From positions 15,066,001 to 15,130,000 of the forward strand of contig CP075493.1 of the NCBI GenBank assembly GCA_021613535.1: DNA of 64,000 bases, written 5' to 3'. The stretch comes from Adineta vaga. Taxonomy: Eukaryota > Animalia > Rotifera. The position numbers and the translations under genes were made by a program. The notes beneath the pieces are model-generated. The model made no database searches, was not told the origin of the DNA, and saw only the letters and a program-made list of their open reading frames with translations. The first letter of the stretch is position 1; the number at the start of each line of letters is the position of its first letter. Shown here one piece after another: positions 37,680-51,194 of the stretch.

Positions 37680-38542
37680 ATGGTCAAAACTAATCAAAAA
37701 AAGTTCAATAAAATATCTAAGGAAAAACTCGACCCGGCATCTTTACAAGCTACTTCTCAAAATCCTCCCCACTACTCTAAAACTGTATATCAAAATAATT
37801 TAAACATCATTCCATCTACTCCATCCAAATCTTTCTGTTCAAAGTTAGTCATTTACACTTGCTCTTACATATGAATCTATTATAAAAGTATTGTTCGGAA
37901 CAATTAGATGCAGTGTGTCACGATGCGTTTGTATTCAATTGTTGATTTTTTTGGGTCTGTTGGTATTAGCAGCTATCATTATTCCAATTTTAGTTATTAT
38001 ACTAGGTGAGTAGAAACTAGTACTAGTATTAGATTAGTTAAACGTCATGTTTTTTGTTTCTTTTAGACACTCAAGCATCACGTAAGTTTTTCTAACTATA
38101 TTTTGTTCGCGTATGTTCCACTATTTTCATTGCAGCATGTGCGAGAACATATTCTCAAAGTTTTACGACTGGTATTACTCAAGCAGCTCAGTGTACAGCC
38201 TGGCAGCAATTCACGACCGGTTTGACTTGTATCAGTTATTCGAAGATGCGAATTTATGGTTCAAATGATGCAACTGGTATAACAGTAAGTGATCCGAATG
38301 TTGTTACTGCTCTAGCAGTTGCTTTACGTTATAATACTACACTTGCTCTTACACATAATGGAATTTCATGGCGAGTATGGCAATGCAGCAGTGGTTATGA
38401 AATAACTTCATCAGGATCTGCTTGTAGCTGTACAGTAGGCTACACAATTAGACCATGCCCTTGGGTCAATGGATGGTGGGGTGGCGTTCAAACTACATCA
38501 TGTAGTGCAGCATCACAAACATTATCTCTTTATTTTGAATGA
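37680..38542 (+). CDS. Type II membrane protein with Cys-rich extracellular domain, 4 exons
   Basis: Exons 37680-37843, 37908-38005 (TM), 38067-38081 (15 nt) and 38136-38542 splice in frame with GT-AG ends. Confidence 0.7.
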
Positions 38543-39884
38543 ACTCATCACGGAAACATGATTGGAACGACATCGATTTTTTTTATGTGTTTCCTCTGCA
38601 TGATAAAAAAATAAAATCTTTAGAATGTGTGTGTGTGTTTGTACAGCATTTATACATCCTTACCCTTAAGATGGTTCATCTTCGACTCATAGGACACATA
38701 TAATGATACAATTCGATATTTTACTTAGAATCATAATACATCAACTTTGATTTCGGAAAAAGATTAACTTCGTACGAATCATTAATACACGATTGAAAGA
38801 TACTACGTAATATTTAAAAATATACTTTCGCTTATTTTAGTAAAAATGTAATTGTCGGCAAAAATTCAGCAAAGTGCTACTTTGTTTTTCCAAACTTCTA
38901 GATATTCACCATTCCCTAACATCTGTATGAAATCGGCGAATAATAATTTTCTTTCCGAACACCTGGACACGTTGCCAGATGTTCGGAATGGGTGGTACGA
39001 AACATAGTTCATCCATCACTGTTTAGTCCAAAATTGTTTTGCTATAAAATTTAAATTTGGAAAAATCATATTTCACCACAAGAATGTTTCATATTCATAT
39101 TGACAGTTAAAATAGTAAAGATCGCTAAATCTTTCTATCCACATTCATTTGCTTTTTCTTTATGTTCGTCTCTTAAACTGATTGTGTTTAGTGCTCTTCA
39201 TTTATTTATCAAGGATTTATTTATAAGCAAACTAAATTTATAAATCACTTACTTTAGGACTCAACAGTGACGTGGATGTGGAGTGAGTGACAGTGGGAGA
39301 ATACAAAAACCCACACCCACACCCACCCTCAAGATGTTCCTGTACGTTAATCTCTCGCTACATATGCATTTTTCAGGAACATATTATTCTAGGCATTCAA
39401 CATTCGTTATATCCTTGTTTATTTAACTACGGAATTTACATGATTCGAGAATTTTTATGGGCTACTCATTCAAAATGATTGTTTGAACTGAGTGGTTCTA
39501 GTGTTTCTTTATTAGTGATAATAATAAAAGATATCGAAAAAAACGTACATTTATCGATTATATGAAATTTCTATAGAAAACTAAATTCGTCGTCCATAAT
39601 TTTCATTATTCGTTGTCATATTTTAAATGGGCCCACGTTAATTATTGTTCATTGGCTTTAGTTTTGTTTATGTAGTGGACTAAAAACAAATTGTAGTTAT
39701 AGTCAGTTTATATGACAAAACAAACAGGTATATTGAGGTCGCAAAGCATTTTTGCTTTTCTTCATTCGGACTAGAGATTCAGTGTTTCAAAGCAAGATTA
39801 TATCGATTATAAAAATTCCGAAATTTCGATTGCAAAAGTTAACAGATAACTTAGGAGAGAGAAATTTACCGTATTAGAAGTGCT

Positions 39885-42370
39885 TTAAGAAAAGAGTCTA
39901 GGATTTGTGTAAGGAGGAATGACATCTCCGTTTGGCTTCAGCTTTTCGATAACATCTTGTGGTAGCAGAAACCAAATCAACTTTTGGTATTCAAGAGGAA
40001 TGTTTAATGGTGGATCAGGTGTACGCCGGATGGAACTGACACGTGACACAGTGTTTTCCACTATTCTCTTGGCTTCACCGAGAAGATCTGATGGGATAGA
40101 ATCTTCTGTCAACGAATCAGCCGTAAAATTCTAAAAGCAGACCAATTACTACACTAATGAGAAATGTATCATAAATCGACTTACAGAACGATCGTTTTCA
40201 GTAGATGCACGTTGATTGGCTGAATGATCTGATTGAGTGTCATTATTTCCAAAGTTGACATCTCGGATACTATGTAGCCGTCTCATAGGATTATCAATGC
40301 TATTGGAGGAGTCACAATGACGCCATACGGCTGTCGTAGGATCGTATGTATACTATAATAAATGACAATGATTGGAGAGACCGAACATTAAGAAAACAAA
40401 TCTACCAAAGGAAGTAATTTCCAACCATCCTTGACGATGAAGTCAAGAGCGTCCAATATAAAGTTGATTTCTTCATCACTAGCAAAATATGTCAAATTGA
40501 ATCGAGCGAAACCCGGTTTCATCAATGCATTTTGCTCGAATGGGTTATTATGTTCATCAAGTCGATTTCTGATAAGTGCACAACAAAACTGATCACAAAT
40601 TTTTAAAATTATTAATTACTTCTTACTCAGGATTTTCTGTTAAAAATCTGCTTAACACATTCGCTGTATTATCATCAATATCGAGCAAATCCTAGAAGGG
40701 CAAACACGTGCATGTATTTTATCGAAATATTTTTTTCTAATGGTATACCATGACATAAGGTCCGGCACAAGCACATCCAGAGCGCACTTGAATTCCAAAC
40801 AGATCATTGAGTAAAGAACAGACAAAATTATGGTGCAGGAATTTGTTGTTTAAATCTGGTACACGAACAAGAAACGAAAAAATAGCCAAACGTGGAGGGT
40901 GAGGTGAACCTAATACGATCAATTTGCTGTTATCCCGAAAACGAGCGAAAAATCTTTGAACAAGATCTTTTTCACGTTTATCTATTTCTTCGGAACCGAC
41001 AGTATCTTTAAGATGAACGGCTAAACCTGCCCGAATTGAACCGAGTATATCAGGTGTTCCGCCTTCTTCACGTATTTCAATATTTTGTGTATATTCAACA
41101 GAATTACGAAGAACATATACCACAGTGCCACCTCCATGGCTGTCCGGAATTGGGTTTCGAAACAGATCCTTTTTAGCTACTAGAATACCTGAATATGCAA
41201 AGAAATCATTAGTTTCTTTAAGAAATTAGAACTATGATATAATTTTCATTTATTTTCTTGTTGTAGAAGAACGAACCCTACGAAACTAGCTGTATATCTA
41301 CCTGGTGTGTTTGGCCCACCGACAAACTTATGCGTCGAGATGAAAATAGCATCCTTGTGGCTTCCATTCAAAGAATTCATGTCGATTTTGACATAAGGAG
41401 CAGCGGAAGCATAGTCCCAAAAGGCATAGCCATCATATTCATGAATGAGCTTGGAAACAGCATCGACATCCGTTTGAATACCTGTCACGTTACTCGCCGC
41501 ATTGAACGAACAGATAATGCCTTTTTTCTCAATATTCTTATAATACTCCAGTTTTCCTTTCAAATACTCTTGATTCAATAGACCACGTCTGTCCATCGGA
41601 ATGCGTTCGGTCTACCATAAACACGGAAACAGGAAAATACAAGAAAGGAATTATGTAATTAAATTAGCTTACTTTGCAACCCACAGTAAGCCAAGGTAGA
41701 ATGTTTGAGTGATGTTCAAATGCGCTATAGAATACAACTGTTTCATTTCGATGCTCGTCACTCTCCAAATTGAGAACACGGATAAGTTTATGAATTGCTC
41801 CTGTCGTTCCTAAAAAATCCGCATCAAACTGTTCTCGTATCTGTTCAGATCGTACGCATATATTTTACCTGTTCCGGTGAAGATAAGAACATCATTATCT
41901 GAAGCATTAACCGACCTTTTGATCAATGCTCGTGCGCTTTCACGAAATTGTGTAGTTTGCTCTGAACAAGCGTTGTTTTCGCTATGCGTGTTGCTGTATC
42001 TAGAGGAAATGATAAAATTAAGTAAATCTATTTCAAATATCAATAGCCAACGTACGTCGGCATGACGTATTTCCTCATGAAATCTTCGATAGATTCAAGA
42101 CATCGACCCGATGCGGTATAATCAGCATAGATCACTGAAATATAACCGCACTAATATATGTATGCAAACAACCTATAATAAAAAACGTACGGATGCGCGG
42201 TCCCCATGGTCCGAATATTTTGTGATTTCGACCAATAAGATTCTCATCGATGAATCGAAAGCGATTTGATCCACCTAAAAATAAATGTTCAATCATTCGA
42301 GTAGAAATTAACTAGCATATAATCTTGAGACACTTTTAAGATTTGTTAGGTTACAATCATTATTGTTCAT
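39885..42370 (-). CDS. Class-V PLP aminotransferase / cysteine desulfurase-like protein, multi-exon
   Basis: YADYTASGR, YSNTHS, EHHSN, ASNVTG, WDYASAAPY, STHKFVGGP (PLP Lys), REEGGTP, RSGCACAGPY, KPGFARFN. The first exon is tentative. Confidence 0.9.
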
Positions 42371-42914
42371 TCAGAACTAGTTTAAACCACTCGTCAAAAT
42401 AGACAAAAAAACAATAACAAATGTTAATTCTAACCATAAGAGTGCACCGCAGGTGACTGTTGACTATTGTTGTTCGTAGTGGGCACAGGTTGCCCATCGC
42501 TGGTTGGTAAAAACGAGCGATTGGATGCAGGAAACTGATCTGAACAAAAAAGTGATAGTTTTGAAAACACGAAAAAGACGAGACGATACGAGGTTGTGTA
42601 ATGTTGAAGATTAAAACAGCGCTCTAAAAATAAAATAAGAACAGTGACGTGCGGCTAGTGAATTTTGACGCACAGCCTCAAGTAATAGCTGGTGGATTAC
42701 GATAATATTCTCTCTGTTACTCGATATCAAGGGGTACAAATATCGTTTGACCCATACGAGCAAACGAGATAGAGAAATATTTAAGTGAAAAGATGCAGAT
42801 GTAAGGTGAGTGGCGATGAATTTTACAGGTTCTGTTGGATGAGAAAATTTCTGGGAACGCTATAAAGAACGGTCAGAAGTAATCGATACATCTTTTTTAG
42901 ATGCATACATAACA

Positions 42915-43030
42915 AGAAAGTGTATTACCCAAATTTTTGAAATTATCGAAAAAATATTTTAATTCTCATTCTCATCTGATGCTATGGAACGTGTATTCGC
43001 TTCAGTTAGTGTCATCATATTCTAAATGAT
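42915..43030 (+). mobile_element. Possible hAT transposase C-terminal remnant
   Basis: Frameshifted LPKFLKLSKKY...SSDAMERVFASV resembles the hAT dimerization motif (ERxFS). Confidence 0.3.
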
Positions 43031-43868
43031 AAGTAACACCAATTCATAATCGGTGAATGGACTTATATAAGTCTGATATGGCTAGGCTATTTGCCACGTT
43101 TTCAGAGATGAAGCTGATGGGGAAAGGAGAAATCAATACCCTGTATATATTTGGTAGAGAGTTAAATTTTCTTACTATATCTTCTTCAGTTTACAGAAAA
43201 TCAGAGTCCCAGACAAATATATCGAACAGTTATATGTCTTTCAAGAAGAGTATTTACTTCCAGATCCCAGTTAATATCCGTAAGGAAATTGATCACAGCT
43301 TGAGTGTCGCCAGTCCAGCGTGTTATTGCCTGTCGGCAAACAAAAAGCAATAAGAGATGAAATTTAACATCAGATGAAATCCTACTATAAAATTAGCGAT
43401 AATTTCTTCTCGCGTTTGTTCCATCGAATTCATCATGTGAACTAAAGAAAAAACTATTATCACATTCAGATGTTCTATGAATAAATCAATTAGCTAATTA
43501 TATTTAAAATGAATATTAAGAGGAATAACAAGTGTTTCTAGCAGCATAAGTTCCGCAATGATGCTACACAACGACAATCACTGAGACGCCCACTGCTTGT
43601 GTTATCAGAAGTTTCAGACTTTTCTCGTTAATAAACAATATCATTCGTGAAATGCCTAATTCAATGGTATACTATTTTGAGTGACAACACTTGCTAAAGA
43701 AAGTAAACATACGAAAATCTCGAATACGAATCCCAGTACTATCTGTACTGAAAAAAAGTAAAACTGACGTCAATGTGCTTTTCATCAAACTGTTTAAAAG
43801 AATCTATTTATATTATTATTATACATGAGTTTTTCATAGTTTTCGTGAAGTGAAATATCTAAGAGACC

Positions 43869-43996
43869 ATCTCGAGGGTGTGGGTGTGGGTGAGAGTGTG
43901 GGTCACGGTGAGGGCGCGGGTGGGTGGGGGTTAATACAGAGAAAACTGACACCCACACCCTCACACCCACCCACCCCATACCCACACTTACAAGAT
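43869..43996. repeat. Longest copy of the TGTGGG-armed palindromic element
   Basis: ATCTCGAGGGTGTGGGTGTGGG... followed by ...CCCACACCC...CCCACACTTACAAGAT. Confidence 0.85.
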
Positions 43997-44160
43997 GGCA
44001 GTTAAGCGAAAAGGACATTTTCAAATATTGGACCAATTATTAGAAGACATTTTTCTCAAGGACATTTGGTCAAAAGACGTTTTCTAAAGGACAAAATATA
44101 AAGGACATTTTTTTCGAGGACCAAAATTTGAGGACATTTCCTAAAGGACATTCCTGCCAT
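43995..44160. mobile_element. Small MITE-like element with internal AGGACA repeats
   Basis: Termini ATGGCAG / CTGCCAT with several AAGGACATTT-like direct repeats inside. Confidence 0.55.
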
Positions 44161-44165
44161 GATTC

Positions 44166-45113
44166 ATTCAGACAAGTACGATAGAAAGTTTGGCGGTGCT
44201 AGATACTACGGCGACTGAATGTATAACGAAAAGGCAGGCGCAAAATATGGTCTTCTTTACCTATATATATATATATACGTGACATTTTCCATTGAAATTT
44301 CTTAAATCCTCAACTAACTATTCTCATCTGTGAACTCTACTAAAATATTGATGATATGAAACTGTGTACAAAATTTCATGACAACTGGGTTAGCCTTTCA
44401 GAATTTATTGCGTAAAAAGACGGCCGTAAAGATTAATCGAATCTATAGTATACTCACTTTTGTTTTCAATCCGCAAAACAGTGCACTGTTTTATAGAATG
44501 AGAGAATATTTGCAGAGAAAACCGTCTTTATATGGGACGCAACACAGAATGATTATTTCACTTATATTTACCTACTTCAAGCGAAAACATGTTGTCGGTA
44601 TCAGTGTACATTTCTGGTGCATGCAGACGCGACGCGAAAAACTACTAAGGATTCTTCCCAAAGAAATGTTTACTGACACTCACAACATGTTTTCGCTTGA
44701 AGTAGGTAAATATAAGTGAAATAATCATTCTGTGTTGCGTCCCATATAAAGACGGTTTTCTCTGCAAATATTCTCTCATTCTATAAAACAGTGCACTGTT
44801 TTGCGGATTGAAAACAAAAGTGAGTATACTATAGATTCGATTAATCTTTACGGCCGTCTTTTTACGCAATAAATTCTGAAAGGCTAACCCAGTTGTCATG
44901 AAATTTTGTACACAGTTTCATATCATCAATATTTTAGTAGAGTTCACAGATGAGAATAGTTAGTTGAGGATTTAAGAAATTTCAATGGAAAATGTCACGT
45001 ATATATATATATATATAGGTAAAGAAGACCATATTTTGCGCCTGCCTTTTCGTTATACATTCAGTCGCCGTAGTATCTAGCACCGCCAAACTTTCTATCG
45101 TACTGGTCTGAAT
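44166..45113. mobile_element. Foldback / large-TIR non-autonomous element
   Basis: Arms 44166-44595 and 44682-45113 are near-perfect reverse complements around an 86-bp spacer, producing mirror ORFs 44378+ and 44899-. Confidence 0.9.
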
Positions 45114-45155
45114 TTCACGATAGGTCTAGAAGGAATGCATACCATCAACAAGAAA

Positions 45156-45365
45156 TCGTGGGAAATGTGTTGGGTGAAATTTCACCCAGCCACTATGTTA
45201 AGTGAAAGTTTTTCGGTTCAATAGCTAGAATTGTCAAACTTTCTATTGTACTATCATAGGCATAAAGAAAGGTCAGGAGCGGATACCGGTTGAAATTGTA
45301 TTTACACCTTTAACTAACCGTAGTTTGGTTCCTGAGAAAAATGGGATCATGAAATTTCCCACGAT
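45156..45365. mobile_element. Possible small MITE
   Basis: Inverted pair ATCGTGGGAAAT / ATTTCCCACGAT. Contains a degenerate copy of the foldback terminus (~45225-45252). Confidence 0.4.
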
Positions 45366-46255
45366 ATCTTTCGTGGTCTAGAGATCGTTCGAGAAAGGAT
45401 AAGCAAACACTAAGGAGAGAGGGAGCAATGCTACGACATTGAGACAGCCCATCTTCTGTTGACTATCGCTTTTTCCTATGGGTGAGCATATATTCATATC
45501 AGAAGTGCTTAACGTTCGTATATAGTCATATACCATTAAGCACAAATGTCTATAGTTTCTAGTTTGTCTGATCTTCGCATGTCACCCAATAAAGCTATGA
45601 TACAATGATTTAATGCTGCTGACATTGATTTGGAGAATCTTTACTTTTTCGTCGTTGGCTTCATGTGATATATTTCAGGCAGGAAACTGATAAAAATTTG
45701 TAAGTTTTGTTTTTAATAGCAAACTCAGGAGGCGTACTGCATCAAGTAGCTAGTCAGCAAACATGGTACTGTGGCAAAAACGTTTCTTTTGAACAAAGGA
45801 AATCTATAAAATACAACTACTGTTAAAAAGAATAAAGAACTTTTAAAACAAATACGAAGTGAGAACCTAAAGGCTGAATAAAGATCATGCTCCAAGATCC
45901 ACTAGTAGAAGTAGGACGTAGTGATGTTCTTTCCTTTTACGCCATATATGTACTGTCTTTAGGGTATGAGCGTAGAAAAAGAAGTGTAACCTGCATCCTT
46001 GTCTGTATTAAATAAAAGGATTCATTGATGCATTATTAATGATATATTGATCGCAATATTTATCTAAAAGTAAGCGATAGAATTGGTTCAGCCTGAATTA
46101 TTTGGATAGGAGTTTTTTGAACATTCTGATTGAAAAATACCCTCTCTTTATAGAAAAAGATTCCTAGTTTTCAAAGTTATAATATTTTGTTTGAGTCGAT
46201 TGAACTTGAGAAAAACTTGTAATATTTATCTCTCTTATTTGCAGAAGTAACGATC

Positions 46256-47341
46256 ATGTCGTCAATCATCAATGTTCACTTTTCTCATATCGGTGGTAAC
46301 AAATTTACAGGTCAGTTACGAGAAGGGTATACTCAAGCTGATATCCGTAAAATAGTTGCTGATAGATTGAATAGTGACAATTATCGACTTATTGTCAACG
46401 GACATGAGATTCAAGATGGAGATTCAGGGGCAAGTTTCGAAGAATTTAAGAAAAAGAACATAAAAAACAACTCAACTATCTACATTTGTCAAAGAATGGA
46501 TGGTGGTTTGGCCTTGGTCGATATTCAGACGCACAAAAGAACAATTCTTGCTGATCTGCCAGATGAGTTAAATAAGATGAATGCGCTCCCAGGTCTTAAT
46601 GAGTGTAATATTTGTATGGAAATGACATCGTGCATTCGCCTCTGCTATATGAGCATTTTATGCAAGGAGTGCTTTCCAAACTATTTTCACAGACACGACT
46701 ACAAGTTTAAATGTGTTATTTGTTCTAAAATTCTCGCATCCGAAGATCTTTTTATCACTCCTGAGTTCATCGCATCGGTCAATCAAATTCATGAAACAGC
46801 GGAGATGGCACGTAATATTGATTTTCAAATCTGTATTTGTGGTGCTTATTGTATCAATAGTACGATGTATGCGAAGCAGAAATGTAATAATTGTCAACGA
46901 TGGATGTGTTTCTTTTGCAATAACGATTGGGATGAGACCAAGAATATGCAAAATATCAAGTACACATGCAAGGTCAATTGCTTATGGGAAACCAAAATCA
47001 CCTATCAGTTGGTTAAATTGGAATATAACAAGGAAATGAGTGTGCCTAACAGACGATGTTGTCCACAATGTCAAAAATGCGGTTCGTATGATCAAAAGTG
47101 CAAGTATCATACGTGCACATGTGACCACGAGTTCTGTTTTATATGTTTGAAATCGAAGGAAGATTGTATTTTACAGTTCAATTCACAGTTTGATCGTCCG
47201 TGTGGTTCCATTGCATCACAAACGTTTACGATTTTTCCACGTATTTGTCCCGAGAAAAATGGGAGCACATGTAACAAAAGTTTATCCGATCTACTCAAAG
47301 ACGTTTTGAAAAATTTTATGCATCGGATGAATCACACATAA
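46256..47341 (+). CDS. Ubiquitin-like domain fused to RBR-type (RING1-IBR-RING2) E3 ligase
   Basis: N-terminal UBL (RLIVNGHEI..NSTIYICQRMDGG); CNIC..CKEC..CVIC; CICG..CNNC..MCFFC; CPQC..KCKYHTCTCDHEFCFIC. Confidence 0.75.
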   Translation: MSSIINVHFSHIGGNKFTGQLREGYTQADIRKIVADRLNSDNYRLIVNGHEIQDGDSGASFEEFKKKNIKNNSTIYICQRMDGGLALVDIQTHKRTILADLPDELNKMNALPGLNECNICMEMTSCIRLCYMSILCKECFPNYFHRHDYKFKCVICSKILASEDLFITPEFIASVNQIHETAEMARNIDFQICICGAYCINSTMYAKQKCNNCQRWMCFFCNNDWDETKNMQNIKYTCKVNCLWETKITYQLVKLEYNKEMSVPNRRCCPQCQKCGSYDQKCKYHTCTCDHEFCFICLKSKEDCILQFNSQFDRPCGSIASQTFTIFPRICPEKNGSTCNKSLSDLLKDVLKNFMHRMNHT

Positions 47342-47509
47342 AAGTCAATAAGTCTAAGAAAAAGAATGCATAAACATTTCCCATTTAACGACATCAAGAA
47401 AATATGCGAATCTACTAATTAGTTACATTTATTGTCTGTGAATGTCATCTTAAAAGATTTCCACAAATAAACGATTTTCTGCTATTTTGTTCTAATATCT
47501 ATATTTTAG

Positions 47510-49012
47510 ATGTTGCATTGCTTTCAAATGGAAAAGAAGAAAACTACGACAAGAACACGAAGTGTATCATTGCAAGGCGAGAAAAGGTTAAGATGCGCGC
47601 CGCGAGCAAAATCTGTTGCAAAACTAGTAACTCCATCCAATGTTGCTCGTGAACGAATTTGTTCAAAACGTAAATCGTCATCAAACAGCATAATACGAAC
47701 AAATACACCCATCACAAATAAAATGATCTTTCCGAAACAGAATCACTATTCTGAGGAATTTCCGAGTTGGTTGACTGGAAAGCCTTTGTTAGACCTAAAA
47801 TGCTTGTTCACATTTTTTAGGTGCCGATAAACTAATTCCTTACAAGCCAAGTACAACACTACTATTTTCGAACACACGAAAACATCAATCGGAAATATTT
47901 TACAGTAAGAATTATTATTCGATATCGATCATATTTTTGGTTCACTTTGTTCTATTGAAGATTCAATCATACCACATAGGTCACAAGAATTAACTCAGCT
48001 GGGAAAAAAGACTGCATGCCAAGTTCAAAGCGAATCTAGCATTGATGTTTGGGAAAATTGCTGCGATAAACCAACATTTAATACACCTGGTTTATGTGGT
48101 TTGATGAACATCGGTAATACATGTTTCATGAATAGCGCTCTTCAGTGTCTGAGCAATATACCTGAAGTCATCCGATGGACTAATAAACAATGCTTTGAAT
48201 TCATGCGGGATAGATGTGTTGATCGAGAATTTGTTTCATTGATACAAGCCATGTGGTCAGGTCGGTATGCATCCATCGATCCTTCGAAGATCAAAGATAG
48301 TGTTAGTCTTTCTGCTCCAATATTTTCTGATTATGGTCAAAAGGATTCACATGAATTTATGAATTCGCTTTTAAATGCATTGGACACGTCGGGTTCGACA
48401 TCGAACATTGCTGATCTCTTTCGTATCCATACTCAATCCCAAGTGACATGTACTGGATGTCATTTCATAGACATAGTCGATGAAACAACAACGTTTCTCT
48501 CACTTTCATTACAGGAAAAAACTTCAACACAAACTGAAGTTTCACTCGAAGATTTAATTGATGACTTTAATCGTGAAGTTGTATTAGATGGATCATATTA
48601 TTGTCTTTCATGTAACAATATGACTCAGGCACGACAGAAAACAATTATTCGTTCTCCGTTGCCTCACGTACTCATAATTCAATTAAAACGATTTCCATTC
48701 GATGGTACTACGAGAAAATTGGATACATTTGTTCGTTATCAATTACAACATACAAATTTATTATCGAAACATGATGCATATGAATTGTGTGCAATATCAA
48801 TACATCGAGGAAGCCTTGGTGGTGGTCACTATACGACTATGGCAAAAAACCATCGAACAAATAAATGGTATACATTCAATGATAGCTACATCGATGAGAT
48901 CGATTCGCGTTATATATCAGAAACTGTAATTACACGTCATGCTTATATACTCGTCTATTCGATGGTAAACGATGAAAAATCAAGTCCTAATATCGACAAT
49001 ATTCTGCTTTAA
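47510..49012 (+). CDS. USP-family deubiquitinase, short 5' exons plus catalytic exon
   Basis: Cys box GLMNIGNTCFMNSALQCL, QKDSHEF, LKRF, His box HRGSLGGGHY, FND. The 5' exon structure is approximate. Confidence 0.9.
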
Positions 49013-49662
49013 ATATACAGATTTCAACGAATAACATATTCCTTCGAAAAATGTACGTGTCTTTCATGAGAATAAAATAATAAACAAAAAATATTTTTAT
49101 CACACAATAATGTAAACGGGTGAGGGTGTGGGTGTGGATACGACTGAAGGTACAATAGCTTTATTACACACACCCACATTCTTTGATAATAGAGCATCTC
49201 AAAAAATAATCCTTGGTGTTGTTGTTAGTACAACACTATTTATTTAAAAAGAGATAACATGGTTGATAAGCATAAGTTTGAGAAAGAAATCATGGGATGA
49301 TTGGCTGGCTTTTTGTACAACTGTGCGCTTTCTGCGTGCTATTGTATGCAGTACTACCATCTGTGGAGGGTGGTTGAGGATCAGGGTGTGAGAGAAGCAG
49401 AGATCATAACAGTCATACTCATACCCATACTCTTATCCTCATATCATTCGTAAGATTGTCGAGAAGACATTTGGTGTGTTACTGGTAAAAAAAAACAAGA
49501 AAATTTTTTTTTCGCGTTCTCTACTTCTATCGTGTGATTTCACAAGCAGCATAATTTTGCCACACTACTTATCGATATGACACAGCAAACAACATTTGTT
49601 TTCTTCCTCTCATTTTTTTTGTCGTTCTTTCAGCACGTTACCCTTACCAAAGTCATTCAAAA

Positions 49663-50702
49663 AATGGCTACATCATCAATTGGTAGAACACGTTGTTTCA
49701 CGTGTAATAAAGAAAAAGCGACATCAAAATGTGCTGGTTGTTTGAAAGATTTTTGTTACACTCATTTGGGTGATCATCGACAACAATTAGCGAATCAACT
49801 CGATGAAATTGAAGTTCATCGAGATCTTTTTCGACAGGCACTCAATGAACAAATTACGGATCCACAAATACATTCATTGATCAAAGGAATCGACCAATGG
49901 GAACAAACTTCTATTAATAAAATTCATGAAACAGTCAAAGAAGCCAAACAAATATTATTCCAACATAATATTCATCACACTAATCAATTGGAAGAGAAGT
50001 TAAAAATATTAACTGATCAGATTCGAGAATGTCGAGAAGAAAATGATATCCTAGAAACAGATTTGATTCGATGGCAAAATGAACTTGTACAACTCAATGA
50101 ACAACTAATTAAACCACAAAATGTAACAATTGAATTTGATTCTGCACCACTTGTAAACAAGTTTCGTGTCATAGATGAATCAAGCAAAGTTATGTCTTCG
50201 GTACAAACTATTCTATCAACATCAAATTCCTCTAATAAAAGTAATCGTTTTGTTTGTTTCTTTTCTTTGTAATATACGATGTTTGATCTGTTGAATTCTC
50301 TGTTACTTTTTCTTTCCGACTAATAACGTACAGACAATATATATTCATTTTATTCTAGATCAAATGGCAACAACAACCGTTCCGTACGTACATCATGTAA
50401 GTTCAAAGAATTCAGAAATATATTCTCGTACAGGGACATCAACTAAGTCTTCTGGTAAAATAATCCAGTTGTCAAAAGCTTTATCTTGGCTTCTACGTCA
50501 TGCAGTGATTAGAGAAGGTTTACAATATCAATACGATGGATATGTCTTTGTTGAAGATGTACTTGAACATCCAACATTTGCTAATAAATATACAATGCAA
50601 GACATATATCAATGTGTAGAAACAAATGAAAAACAACGTTTCGCTCTAAAAATCGATCCAACAACAGGTAAACAAATGATTCGCGCACAACATAGACAGT
50701 AA
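49663..50702 (+). CDS. B-box/coiled-coil protein probably spliced to a Tpt1/KptA N-terminal domain
   Basis: CFTC..KCAGC..FCYTH..H plus coiled coil. A phase-1 intron 50241-50358 joins in frame to LSKALSWLLRH..DGYV..NEKQRF..IRA. No C-terminal Tpt1 lobe found. Confidence 0.65.
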
Positions 50703-51194
50703 TATCAATATGTATAAAAATAACATATTTGGTCGATCTATGTAATGCATTTCTGACATATGATGACTATTTGTTGGTTCTTCTTGTATTTCATTGGAAA
50801 TTTACAGCATTTGCAGAATGAATACCTTTGATTTGTTTTTCGTCATTTTCCAATGTTTTCTGTCGAATGTCATTTAAATCTGTATCAATATCTTCTTTTC
50901 CAGATATTACTTATGGTTATTCTATAGCTTGTCTGTAATTTTCGAATTATTTGGATAGCCTTAAGATATGAACTATCTGACAAGTTAGCAAGGACAAAAC
51001 CAAATCGACCCATTTTGTTTAGATTCATTTCGATCATTTTAGCAATTGCAAACGACCTCGTTTAGAGAGATCTAATTGTTTTATTATTGATAATTCACTC
51101 GTAATAATAAAATAGAGAAGAAGCATACACAACACAATACATAAAGCAGTGCTTTAATATCAATTAGTTTGTCTTAATTTTCAATATAATAACT

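Noticed and set aside
43869-43996. True telomere or CRISPR-like array
   Set aside because: Short, internal and inverted; copies are dispersed rather than tandem.
44378-44899. Two ORFs with identical N-termini on opposite strands
   Set aside because: By-product of the inverted repeat; no protein motifs.
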